Source: Candidatus Omnitrophota bacterium (GTDB lineage: Bacteria > Omnitrophota > Gorgyraeia > Gygaellales > Profunditerraquicolaceae). From it: 64,000 nucleotides of DNA. Below the pieces are notes generated by a model. That model had not been told where the DNA came from. It saw only the letters and a list, made by a program, of their open reading frames with translations, and did not search any database. Positions 24,765 through 33,677 of the stretch are shown here, in pieces. Numbering within the stretch: position 1 is the first letter of the stretch; each line of letters begins with the position of its first letter. Both the position numbers and the translations under genes were made by a program. The DNA lies in the NCBI GenBank assembly GCA_030693145.1, contig JAUYBI010000045.1:4591-68590 (forward strand), in the 5' to 3' direction.

Positions 24765-25856
24765 TTAATTAAGGCGCATCGGTAAAACTATGTAGACATA
24801 ACCGCTAATACGGATAACCCCGGGTTTCTCTCCATCAGTCAACTCTAAATTAATTGTTTCTTCATTCAGGTTTTTTAAAATATCCATTAAATAAACAGGG
24901 TTAAAACCCACCACCAATTCTCTGCCTTGGTATTCTACCGCTAATTCTTCATGGAACTCCCCCACATCCGGCGTAGATTTAGAAATTACTAATTTATTCT
25001 TAAAAACTTCCAGTTTAACCGCCTGGTAATCCGGCGTAGCCAGGAGCGCTGCTCTTTTGACCGCTAATAATAACTGACTACGCACTATCTTCACTTTATT
25101 TTCTGAAGGCGCGGGGACAACTTGTTTATAATCCGGAAACTCTCCTTCAATTAAACGCGAAACAATTCCCACGTTACCCAGATCAAAAAGCGCCTGATTA
25201 CTACTCACCACCAACGATAACTCCCCCTCATCTTTAAGATTACGATTTAATTCTTGAATTGTTTTAAGCGGCACAATCATGCTCACATCTACATCTGATT
25301 CTAGGGTTAATTTCCTCTCCGCCATGGCCAGTCTTTTACCATCAGTAGATACTAAAGTTAACAGGTTTTTATTAATTTTAAAAAGGATGCCGTTTAAAAC
25401 ATAGCGTGTTTCATCCAAAGATACCGCAAAAGCAGTTAAAGATAACAATTGTTTTAAAACCCCTTGTTCGATCTTAATCGCTTTTTTATCTACAAACTCG
25501 GGTAATTTAGGAAACTCTTCTTTCATTAACCCCATAATTTTAAATTGGCACATATCTGAATCAATGGTTACCTGGTTATTTTTCCTGGTAGTAATACTAA
25601 TAACCTCTAAAGGAAATTCTTTAATAATGTCACTAAATCTTTTGGCGGGAAGAGTAATGGCGCCCGTTTCTTGAATATCCACAGGAATTACACAAGTTAT
25701 CCCAATATCTAAATCTGTAGCTGTTAACTTTAAAGTATTTGTTTGAGCTTCAATTAAGATATTAGAAAGAATAGGTAAGGCGGATTTTGTAGTAATAACA
25801 TTTTGTACGGTTTGAATGGCGCTAATTAAATTAACTTTTTCTGCTTTAAACTTCAT
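24765..25856 (-). CDS. dnaN: DNA polymerase III beta clamp
   Basis: ATDLDI, STDGKRL, RLIEGEFPDY, terminal VLPMR. Confidence 0.97.
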   Translation of the reverse strand: MKFKAEKVNLISAIQTVQNVITTKSALPILSNILIEAQTNTLKLTATDLDIGITCVIPVDIQETGAITLPAKRFSDIIKEFPLEVISITTRKNNQVTIDSDMCQFKIMGLMKEEFPKLPEFVDKKAIKIEQGVLKQLLSLTAFAVSLDETRYVLNGILFKINKNLLTLVSTDGKRLAMAERKLTLESDVDVSMIVPLKTIQELNRNLKDEGELSLVVSSNQALFDLGNVGIVSRLIEGEFPDYKQVVPAPSENKVKIVRSQLLLAVKRAALLATPDYQAVKLEVFKNKLVISKSTPDVGEFHEELAVEYQGRELVVGFNPVYLMDILKNLNEETINLELTDGEKPGVIRISGYVYIVLPMRLN

Positions 25857-25913
25857 TTTATTTTCTCCTTTAGGGACATAATACTGGCGTAATTCCGCTT
25901 AGCCCCGGGTGCC

Positions 25914-25981
25914 TATTATTTATATATATTTAAAAACTTAAAATAGTAATCATCATAGTGTGGCGTAATTCTTGTGTATAA
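25914..25981 (-). promoter_or_regulatory. oriC unwinding module (DnaA box, DnaA-trios, AT-rich DUE)
   Basis: Minus strand: TTATACACA...CGCCACAC-TATGATGATTACTAT-TTTAAGTTTTTAAATATATATAAATAAT in the dnaA-dnaN gap. Confidence 0.75.
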
Positions 25982-26042
25982 GCATGTAACCCCTTAGATT
26001 TAAAAAAGTTGCAACAAAAAACACGCAAGGATAACCTGGGTA

Positions 26043-27380
26043 TCATTGTTTAATAACTTTAATAACTTTTTCCACCCGTTCTTTTAATTCCGGATTATTA
26101 CAGATACTTTCTTTGATTTTTTTATAAGAGTGTAAAACTGTAGTATGGTCTTTACCGTTAAAAAGTTCCCCGATTTCAGGCAATGATAATTCTGTTAATT
26201 CCCTGCTTAAATACATGGCGATTTGTCGCGGGAACACCACTTGTTTATTGCGCCGTTTCGTTTTTAGATCTTGCAAGGAAATTCCAAACTCTTCCACTAC
26301 GCAACGCTGAATAAAATCTACAGTGATTAGTTTAGTCGGTTCCTTAACCAGGTCTTTTAGTACTTCTTTAGTAAGTTGTAGCGTAACTGGAGACTCTTCT
26401 AATAATGAATAGGCAATCGTTCGGATTAATGCTCCTTCTAATTCGCGGATATTCGTTTTAATTAATTGCGCAATAAAAAAAATTACTTCATCAGGAACAT
26501 TAACCGGTTCGCGCTCAATTTTTTTCTTGAGAATGGCCACCCGGGTTTCTAAATCCGGAGGTTGAATGTCCGTGGCTAATCCCCAACCAAACCGCGAAAC
26601 CAATCTCTCTTGTAAATTAGTAATTTCTTTAGGCGGCCGGTCTGAAGAAAATACAATCTGTTTATGAGCGTCATACAAGGTGTTAAAAGTGTGGAAAAAT
26701 TCTTCCTGGGTGGATTCTTTACCGGCGATAAAATGGATATCATCAATGACTAAAACATCAAGATTGCGGTATTTTTGGCGGAAAGCTGAAGTGGATCGAT
26801 GCACGATAGCATCAATCAGTTCGTTAGTAAATTTCTCGCTGGAAACATAACATATTTTTACTCCCGGGGAGGAGAAGTTTTTAATTTGGTGACAAATAGC
26901 CTGGATAAGATGAGTTTTACCTAAGCCCACCCCACCGTAAATAAATAGGGGGTTATATGTTTTGGCCGGGGCATTCGCTACTGCCAGTGAATAAGCATGA
27001 GCATGACGGTTTGCTCCGCCTACCACAAAGTTTTCAAATGTATAACGCGAGTTCAGGTTAATAAAACCCGCTCCGGGTAAACTCTTGATACTGGCTTCAG
27101 GTGGAGTATTGAGGATAGCGGGATTTCCCGGAGTACTGCTGACAACCAATTTTACCAATAAATTATCCAAACCCTTTAGCCTTAAGGTTTCCTGGATAAT
27201 TCCCAGGTAGTGTTTTTCAACCCAGTCTTTAAAAAATTGATCCGGCGCCTCCAGGTCTATACTTTGGCCATCTTGACTAGAGAACTTAAGCGGTAATATC
27301 CAGGTAGCGTAGCTAGTTTCTCCCAGTTTCATCTTTAAATCCATTAGCGCTGCTTCCCAGTTTTTGGTTAACTCCAGCAT
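26043..27380 (-). CDS. dnaA: chromosomal replication initiator
   Basis: YNPLFIYGGVGLGKTHL, IDDIHF, QEEFFHTFN, KDHTTVLH; ATG 27380 preceded by GGAG. Confidence 0.98.
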   Translation of the reverse strand: MLELTKNWEAALMDLKMKLGETSYATWILPLKFSSQDGQSIDLEAPDQFFKDWVEKHYLGIIQETLRLKGLDNLLVKLVVSSTPGNPAILNTPPEASIKSLPGAGFINLNSRYTFENFVVGGANRHAHAYSLAVANAPAKTYNPLFIYGGVGLGKTHLIQAICHQIKNFSSPGVKICYVSSEKFTNELIDAIVHRSTSAFRQKYRNLDVLVIDDIHFIAGKESTQEEFFHTFNTLYDAHKQIVFSSDRPPKEITNLQERLVSRFGWGLATDIQPPDLETRVAILKKKIEREPVNVPDEVIFFIAQLIKTNIRELEGALIRTIAYSLLEESPVTLQLTKEVLKDLVKEPTKLITVDFIQRCVVEEFGISLQDLKTKRRNKQVVFPRQIAMYLSRELTELSLPEIGELFNGKDHTTVLHSYKKIKESICNNPELKERVEKVIKVIKQ

Positions 27381-27508
27381 TTTTACTCCCAAAATTAAAT
27401 AATCAATCCCCCAAAAGCCCCTTTATCTCGATGGAGTTTATCCTATGAGCAGCATATAAATAGACAAAACTGAGCCGGGGATATACCGTGAATCACAGGA
27501 TTAACAGT

Positions 27509-27539
27509 TTATGCACAGCTTGTATAAATCTGTGGATAA
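27509..27539. promoter_or_regulatory. DnaA boxes upstream of dnaA
   Basis: TTATGCACA (27509-27517) and TGTGGATAA (27531-27539); strand switch of gene orientation here. Confidence 0.8.
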
Positions 27540-27723
27540 AGCTCTGAACATGATTTCCCCAAAAACAAATATTATAACCAAGGCCAAAACCTTACCAACC
27601 TTGTTAGTTACGTGCCTATAGAATATCATAAGCTATCTACCGGGGCAAGTAAAAAAGATGAACGTTAGTTATTATGCAATAATATTCACAGGCCAACCCG
27701 GTTAGAAACAATTAAACCAAAGC

Positions 27724-27788
27724 AGTATAGCACAGTTTCTAATGGGGTCAATAAAAAACTTGACCACCATATAAATGTGTGTTACAAT
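27724..27788. promoter_or_regulatory. back-to-back sigma70 promoters (dnaA / rpmH)
   Basis: Minus: TTGACC-N16-TATACT (27751-27724). Plus: TTGACC-N17-TACAAT (27760-27788). Both have extended TG. Confidence 0.65.
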
Positions 27789-27958
27789 TCACAAAATCAA
27801 TCCTCTGACTTTGCTCAGGATTGCTACACCAGCGGCGCCTTTTGTGGGCACCGCCGGATGTATCAAGAAAATCATCTTCATAAACTGTAGTTGATTTTCG
27901 CTTTCTCCTGGCTTGCTTTCGTAGAAAAACCTCAGGGGCAAAAAAGGGAGATCTGGAA

Positions 27959-28096
27959 ATGAAAAAAAATTTAAAGACGCCATCAAATATTGTGGGTAAG
28001 AGGCGCCACGGATTCCGCAGTAAAATGGCTACTAAGTCCGGGCGCAAACTTCTGGCGCGTCGACGGTTGAAGGGTAGAAAAAAGCTTTGCGTTTGA
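27959..28096 (+). CDS. rpmH: 50S ribosomal protein L34
   Basis: Manual translation [45 protein letters not shown]. Confidence 0.93.
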   Translation: MKKNLKTPSNIVGKRRHGFRSKMATKSGRKLLARRRLKGRKKLCV

Positions 28097-28311
28097 CCCC
28101 GGTAAACTTAGCGTTTAAACTGATCGCGGCATATCAGAAATATTTAAGTCCGAGTATTGCGGCAGGTTGCCGTTTCGAACCGGGATGTTCTGAATATACA
28201 AAACAAGCAATTTTTAAATACGGATTAATTAAAGGAGTATTTAAGGGGCTAATTAGAATATTACAGTGTCACCCGTTTTCTGGTAAGTCCGGTTATGACC
28301 CCTTAGTATAA
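28087..28311 (+). CDS. yidD: membrane protein insertion efficiency factor
   Basis: YQKYLSP...[10 protein letters not shown]...CHPF...GYDP. Confidence 0.92.
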   Translation: MRLTPVNLAFKLIAAYQKYLSPSIAAGCRFEPGCSEYTKQAIFKYGLIKGVFKGLIRILQCHPFSGKSGYDPLV

Positions 28312-28316
28312 AATCC

Positions 28317-29846
28317 ATGGAAAAACGTTTAGTTTTAGCGATTGCCTTGTCACTTTTAGTACTCTTAAGTTGGTCCGCTTTAGCCCCAAAACCGCAACTT
28401 GTTGATAACAAAGTGGTTATAACAAATAAATCCCAATTAATAACATCTCCACAGGACATATCTTCTGCTGTAATTCCTTCAGCAGCACTGTCGCCGTCTG
28501 CAGATTTTGCCAGGGAGACGGTTAAATTTACTCAAGATAGTCGAGAAATAATTTTTAATTCAGCGACGGCGGCGATGGAGGATATAGTTTTTAAAGACGG
28601 TCCCGAACATCGTTTGCCACTTAAAGTAGGTTTTCTTATTGATGGCAACTCAGCTTTTAAGCAGCAAAACATAACCAAAGATTCCATTTCATTTATTTAT
28701 GAAGATCAAAATAAACGCGTCATTAAGAAATTTATTATTCCTAACAATAGTTATGTCATAGAGTTAGAGATACTGGTTAAAAATTTATCCTCCTCTTCTT
28801 TAGCACTCAAGCCACAATTAGTTTTAGGCCGGATGGACTTATCCCCAAAAAATACGCAATCGCGTTATCAGGATATTTTTCTTAGTAATAAAGAAAAAAC
28901 TATGCATCTTTCTGCGGGAAAGGATTTTAGTAGTTCGGATGTAAAGTTTATTGGCCTGCGTGATCAGTATTTTTGCACTATTGTTGAACCCGCCAATATG
29001 GCGGCCAGCGCTTACATCAAGAAAATTTCGCCCCAAGAATCTGAAGTAGGTTTATTTATGAATGAAACGACTTTGAAGCCCGGTGCTCAGATTGGACATT
29101 CATTTCGTATTTATTTGGGACCTCAAGATTTAAAGTCAATAAATAATGCTAAACCAGAATGGACATCAATTATATATTTTGGTACCTTTGATTTTATTGC
29201 GCAGATACTTTTACAATTATTGGGATTTTTCTATAGTTTAGTGCATAATTGGGGATCAGCAATTATTATATTAAGTATTGCGGTATATTTTATGCTTTTC
29301 CCTCTTTCCATAAAGCAAATGCGCTCAATGAAAGAAATGCAGCTTTTACAACCAAAAATTGAGGCTTTGCGCAAAGAACTCAAAGATAATCCGCAAAAAT
29401 TAAATAAAGAAATAATGGAACTGTATAAGGAGCACAAGGTTAATCCACTCGGTGGTTGTTTGCCGCTTTTATTGCAGATGCCTATATTTTTTGCTCTTTA
29501 TCAGGCATTAATCCGTTCAGTTGCTTTAAGAGGAGCGCATTTCCTGTGGATTAAAGATCTTTCTTCGCCGGATAAAGCCTTTGTTTTCAAAAACTCAATA
29601 CCATTTTTGGGTAATCAGGTAAATATTTTGCCAATTTTAATGGCTATCGGTATGTTTGTGCAGCAAAAGATTTCTATGGCAAAAGCAACCGGGGAAGCTG
29701 CTCAACAGCAAAAGATGATGTCGATTATCATGCCGATTATGTTTGGGGTAATCTTTTATCAGATGCCATCAGGGTTAGTGCTCTATTGGTTTGTTAATAG
29801 CTTGCTCATGCTCTGCTACCAATTTCGTATCAATGTCCAAAAATGA
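28317..29846 (+). CDS. yidC: membrane protein insertase
   Basis: NWGSAII, VNPLGGCLPLLLQMPIF, FLWIKDLS, PSGLVLYW. Confidence 0.96.
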   Translation: MEKRLVLAIALSLLVLLSWSALAPKPQLVDNKVVITNKSQLITSPQDISSAVIPSAALSPSADFARETVKFTQDSREIIFNSATAAMEDIVFKDGPEHRLPLKVGFLIDGNSAFKQQNITKDSISFIYEDQNKRVIKKFIIPNNSYVIELEILVKNLSSSSLALKPQLVLGRMDLSPKNTQSRYQDIFLSNKEKTMHLSAGKDFSSSDVKFIGLRDQYFCTIVEPANMAASAYIKKISPQESEVGLFMNETTLKPGAQIGHSFRIYLGPQDLKSINNAKPEWTSIIYFGTFDFIAQILLQLLGFFYSLVHNWGSAIIILSIAVYFMLFPLSIKQMRSMKEMQLLQPKIEALRKELKDNPQKLNKEIMELYKEHKVNPLGGCLPLLLQMPIFFALYQALIRSVALRGAHFLWIKDLSSPDKAFVFKNSIPFLGNQVNILPILMAIGMFVQQKISMAKATGEAAQQQKMMSIIMPIMFGVIFYQMPSGLVLYWFVNSLLMLCYQFRINVQK

Positions 29847-30034
29847 AAAAAGTAAAATATGTAGAAGTAGAGGGTAAGACAGTGGAAGAGGCTATTGAAA
29901 AGGCGTTGCAAGAACTAAAACTTCCCCGCAATCGCGTAAAGATAGAGAGTTTGTCTGAGGAGAAAAAGGGGCTTTTTGGCATGGCTGGAGCTAAGCCAGC
30001 TAAGGTGCGCGTAAGCGCGATCGGGGGCAAATAA
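29843..30034 (+). CDS. jag: stand-alone Jag N-terminal domain protein
   Basis: EGKTVEEAIEKALQEL...KKGLFG..AKPAKVRV; no KH or R3H domain follows. Confidence 0.8.
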   Translation: MKKVKYVEVEGKTVEEAIEKALQELKLPRNRVKIESLSEEKKGLFGMAGAKPAKVRVSAIGGK

Positions 30035-30038
30035 TTGC

Positions 30039-30101
30039 TTGACAAAAAGGCATAACTTAAGATAATAGGATTTAGAAAGCGACAATGTTCCGCGTGAAAA
30101 A
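30039..30101 (+). promoter_or_regulatory. promoter plus parS-like site
   Basis: TTGACA-N16-GATAAT (30039-30066); TGTTCCGCGTGAAAAA (30086-30101), 2 mismatches to TGTTNCACGTGAAACA. Confidence 0.55.
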
Positions 30102-30130
30102 GTTACAGATAGAACACTTAAGAAAAAAAT

Positions 30131-30592
30131 ATGCTGGATCCGTGGTACGTAACAGGATTTGCTGATGGAGAAGCGGCTTTTACTTACTCTAGGGCAGGAG
30201 GTTCATTCGGTATATATTTTGCAATTAAGCAAAGGGAAGATAATCGACAGATAGTTGAAGAAATACATAATTTTTTCGGTGGCGTTGGATACATATATAG
30301 GGGCAAAGAGTCAAACGGTGCCCCTAAAAGCGGATTCTCAAAACCATATGCATATTACAGGGTAACTAAGAGTTCCGAACTACAAAAGATCGTCGAACAC
30401 TTTGACAAATATCCATTACAGAGCCAAAAGAAACACGAAGCTTATCAAGTCTGGCGCGAAATGGTTATCCATAAAAGAGACAACTATCGAAATATAGATT
30501 ATAATCGTCTTAGTGAGTTAGCAGGAAAGCTTTCTATTTTAAACTTACAAAGCCGAGCTTTTAAAATACACAAAAAAAGATGGGTAAAATAA
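30131..30592 (+). CDS. free-standing single-motif LAGLIDADG endonuclease-like protein
   Basis: PWYVTGFADGEAAF, FFGGVGYI, HFDKYPLQSQK; overlaps the parA start. Confidence 0.85.
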   Translation: MLDPWYVTGFADGEAAFTYSRAGGSFGIYFAIKQREDNRQIVEEIHNFFGGVGYIYRGKESNGAPKSGFSKPYAYYRVTKSSELQKIVEHFDKYPLQSQKKHEAYQVWREMVIHKRDNYRNIDYNRLSELAGKLSILNLQSRAFKIHKKRWVK

Positions 30593-31371
30593 TTGCAATT
30601 TGCAATCAGAAGGGGGGAGTAGGTAAAACTACTACCTCAATTAATCTTGCAGCTTACCTGGCTATGGCAGGTAAGAAGGTTATGCTCGTTGATTTAGATC
30701 CTCAGGCTAACGCTACTAGCGGTATTGGAGTCAATAAACACGACATCCAAAAAAGTACTTATCATATTCTACTCGAAGAAGCAAAGCTTATCGATATTTT
30801 ACAGAAAACCGAGATTGATAATCTTATGCTTGCTCCTTCTAATCTGGATTTAACCGGAGCTGAGGTGGAGTTGGTTGGAGCACTAGGCCGAGAGTATAGG
30901 TTAAAAAGGGCTTTACAACCTGAAAAAGATAATTATGATTTTATAATTATCGATTCCCCGCCATCATTGGGGTTACTCACTATTAATGGTTTATGTGCGG
31001 CTGATTCGGTAATTATACCTGTTCAGTGTGAATATTATGCCTTAGAGGGATTAACGCAACTGCATAATACTATTAGACTTGTGAAGGAAAACCTCAATCC
31101 ATCTTTAACCATCGAGGGTATACTGTTAACTATGGCAGATTTTCGTACCAATTTGACTAAAGAAGTGATCCAAGAGGCGCGGAACCATTTTCATGATAAG
31201 GTTTATATTACAGTAATTCCGAGAAATATCCGTTTAACTGAAGCTCCGAGTTTTGGCAAATCCATAGCTTCATACGATCGAGATTCTCTCGGAGCGCAGA
31301 AATATGAAGAGCTTAGTCGGGAAATATTAGGTTTACCTCTGAATTCAAAAATTGCAAAAGGAGCGCATTAA
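30580..31371 (+). CDS. parA: chromosome partitioning ATPase
   Basis: NQKGGVGKTT, DLDPQANAT, PVQCEYYALEG. Confidence 0.97.
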   Translation: MGKIIAICNQKGGVGKTTTSINLAAYLAMAGKKVMLVDLDPQANATSGIGVNKHDIQKSTYHILLEEAKLIDILQKTEIDNLMLAPSNLDLTGAEVELVGALGREYRLKRALQPEKDNYDFIIIDSPPSLGLLTINGLCAADSVIIPVQCEYYALEGLTQLHNTIRLVKENLNPSLTIEGILLTMADFRTNLTKEVIQEARNHFHDKVYITVIPRNIRLTEAPSFGKSIASYDRDSLGAQKYEELSREILGLPLNSKIAKGAH

Positions 31372-32237
31372 TGGAAAGAAAAGCTTTAGGTAAAGGTCTC
31401 GGCGCATTAATTCCCGAAATAGCAGTTGATAGTACAAACCGTAGAAAAGAGGAGATTATTTATGTCCAATCTGAACAGATAAAACCCAACCCCTTTCAGC
31501 CGCGTGAAGATTTTGATCAGCAGAGCATTGAGGAACTAGCACAATCTATTAAAGAAAAAGGGGTTATTCAACCACTTTTGGTTAGACATCAAGGTGATAA
31601 CTATGAATTAATTGCCGGGGAAAGAAGACTTCGTGCAGCTAAAATCATGGGGCTCAAAGAGATACCAATTATTGTGCGAGATGTAAGCGACCAGGATTCA
31701 TTAGAACTAGCCTTAATTGAAAATGTCCAAAGAGAAGGATTAAATCCTATTGAAGAAGCGCATGCTTATCAACATCTGGTGGATAAGTTCCAGGTTACCC
31801 AGGAAAAGATAAGTGAGGTTTTAGGAAAATCCCGCGTTTCGATTACCAATACTTTGCGCCTGCTTAAGCTGCCGCATGAGATTCAAGGTGAAATGAAAAA
31901 AGGGCGCATTAGTTTTGCCCATGGCCGGGCTTTACTTGAAATCGAAGACGCCAATCATCAGCGCAGGCTTGCTCAAGACGTTATTTCCAAGGGGCTTTCG
32001 GTGCGCGAGTTAGAAAACTTGATTAAAAGTGTGCGGCCTAAATCTATAAAGCGCAATATCGGCCAGGGGCAACGTGAGCCGCTAGTGGCAATTTTAGAGG
32101 AGCAATTGCAACATGCCTTAGCCACTAAGGTGCGGATCAGCAAGAGAAAAAAACGCGGGCACATTAATATTGAATTTTATTCGCCCGAAGATCTGCAACG
32201 CATAGTTAACGTTATTAAAGGGACACCCCGCGCTTAG
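31371..32237 (+). CDS. parB: chromosome partitioning protein
   Basis: ALGKGLGALI, PNPFQPR, AGERRLRA, ENVQREGL. Confidence 0.97.
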   Translation: MERKALGKGLGALIPEIAVDSTNRRKEEIIYVQSEQIKPNPFQPREDFDQQSIEELAQSIKEKGVIQPLLVRHQGDNYELIAGERRLRAAKIMGLKEIPIIVRDVSDQDSLELALIENVQREGLNPIEEAHAYQHLVDKFQVTQEKISEVLGKSRVSITNTLRLLKLPHEIQGEMKKGRISFAHGRALLEIEDANHQRRLAQDVISKGLSVRELENLIKSVRPKSIKRNIGQGQREPLVAILEEQLQHALATKVRISKRKKRGHINIEFYSPEDLQRIVNVIKGTPRA

Positions 32238-32317
32238 CAGAATTGCGCGGGTGTTATCTAAGTAAGCAAGGGACACCCCGCGCTATTTGGTATTGCGCGG
32301 GTGTTATCTAAGTAGAT
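32218..32317 (+). repeat. two tandem 50-bp hairpin units
   Basis: AAGGGACACCCCGCGCT-N7-ATTGCGCGGGTGTTATCTAAGTA-N3 twice, with different N7. Confidence 0.85.
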
Positions 32318-32334
32318 AAGGAGAAAAATAAAAA

Positions 32335-32844
32335 ATGGGACAGGCAGTTTTAATTTTAATTAAACCCGATGGGTTAAAAAAATCACTAACCGGCAACATC
32401 CTTACGCGCTTATCTGAGACCAAGCTGGAAATTGTAGCGGCAAAAATGGTGCGCGTATCTAAGGCCTTAGCCGAAGAACATTATAAGCATTTAAAAGATA
32501 AGCCCTTCTTTGGGGAAATTATTAAATATTTGCAGGGGGATTTACATGACCGTAAGAAAGTGATGGCTTTGGTCTATTGGGGAAAGGATGCCATAACTAA
32601 ATGCCGGGACTTAGCCGGAGCCACCAACCCTGAGGAGGCGGAATCGACCTCGATCCGGGGTTCTTATGGCCGGATTACCACCAGTGGCGTTTATGAAAAT
32701 GTGGTCCATGTTTCATCTAATGCTTCGGAAGCGGAAAGAGAGATTAAACTTTGGTTTGCGCCCGATGAAATTATCGTTGATCTTTACGCGACAAAAAATA
32801 TAGTGCAAAAGGAATTTCCTAGTCAGGTTTGGGGGGATAAATGA
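32335..32844 (+). CDS. ndk: nucleoside diphosphate kinase
   Basis: LIKPDG, HYKHLKDKPFF, GATNP, SIRG, NVVHVSS. Confidence 0.92.
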   Translation: MGQAVLILIKPDGLKKSLTGNILTRLSETKLEIVAAKMVRVSKALAEEHYKHLKDKPFFGEIIKYLQGDLHDRKKVMALVYWGKDAITKCRDLAGATNPEEAESTSIRGSYGRITTSGVYENVVHVSSNASEAEREIKLWFAPDEIIVDLYATKNIVQKEFPSQVWGDK

Positions 32845-33677
32845 AAAACGTAATTAATAGTATGACGGGTTTTGGTTGTCAGGAGACAGAAGTTAATTCT
32901 ATCGGCAGGATTAGCGTGGAGTTAAGATGCACCAACCATAAGTTTTTAGAAACGGTTTTGCACTTACCGGAAGGCCTGCTTTCATTAGAGGATAAGCTGA
33001 AGAAAGAAATTGAGGGCAGAATCAAAAGAGGAAGAATTTATTGCGCGATAAACATCAAAGGGCAGCTTGCCCAGGGGATTTTTGTTAACCGCAAGCTGCT
33101 GAAGAATTATTTACATGAGTTAAATAGCGTTAAGAAAGAGTTTAATCTTCATGATGGTTTAACTCTGGATTCATTAATTCGCTTGCCGGGTATTTTGTCA
33201 CTTAAGGAAGATAAGCCGGTAGGCGAACATATTTGGGAACAGCTTAAACCTGTTTTCTTGCAGGCACTTACGAGTTTATTAATTGCCCGGCAGAAAGAAG
33301 GTAAGGCCCTGGTAGGTTTGTTAAAAAAAAGAAGTGTTCTCCTGAAGAAAGATTTAGTTTTTATTAAACGGCGTTTTGTGGTGGCGGTAAAAGATAGGCT
33401 TAAAAAGATTCAAGCGGAGGAGGAGCGTGTGGCTTTTTTAAAAGGTGCAGATGTTGCTGAGGAAACAGACCGCCTGCATTTTCATATTAATAATTTTCAG
33501 CATAAGCTTGCCCAAGGCGGGGCGGTGGGGAAAGAGCTGGATTTTATTACTCAGGAGATGCAGCGGGAGGCCAATACTTTGGCCGCCAAGTCGTTTGACT
33601 TGATTATTTCAGGCCGCGCCGTAGAAATGAAAAGCCAGATTGAGAAGATCCGCGAACAGGTGCAGAATATCGAGTAG
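32841..33677 (+). CDS. yicC: YicC/YloC family endoribonuclease
   Basis: INSMTGFG, GKELDFITQEMQREANT, EKIREQVQNIE. Confidence 0.92.
   Translation: MKNVINSMTGFGCQETEVNSIGRISVELRCTNHKFLETVLHLPEGLLSLEDKLKKEIEGRIKRGRIYCAINIKGQLAQGIFVNRKLLKNYLHELNSVKKEFNLHDGLTLDSLIRLPGILSLKEDKPVGEHIWEQLKPVFLQALTSLLIARQKEGKALVGLLKKRSVLLKKDLVFIKRRFVVAVKDRLKKIQAEEERVAFLKGADVAEETDRLHFHINNFQHKLAQGGAVGKELDFITQEMQREANTLAAKSFDLIISGRAVEMKSQIEKIREQVQNIE

Noticed and set aside
27748-28047. Minus-strand ORFs 27748-28047 and 27789-27986
   Set aside because: They are antisense to rpmH and its leader and have no motifs.
28400-28453. DnaA-box-like 9-mers inside the yidC 5' region (TGTTGATAA, TTATAACAA, ATCTCCACA)
   Set aside because: Each has 1-2 mismatches in AT-rich coding DNA and cannot be distinguished from chance without comparative data.
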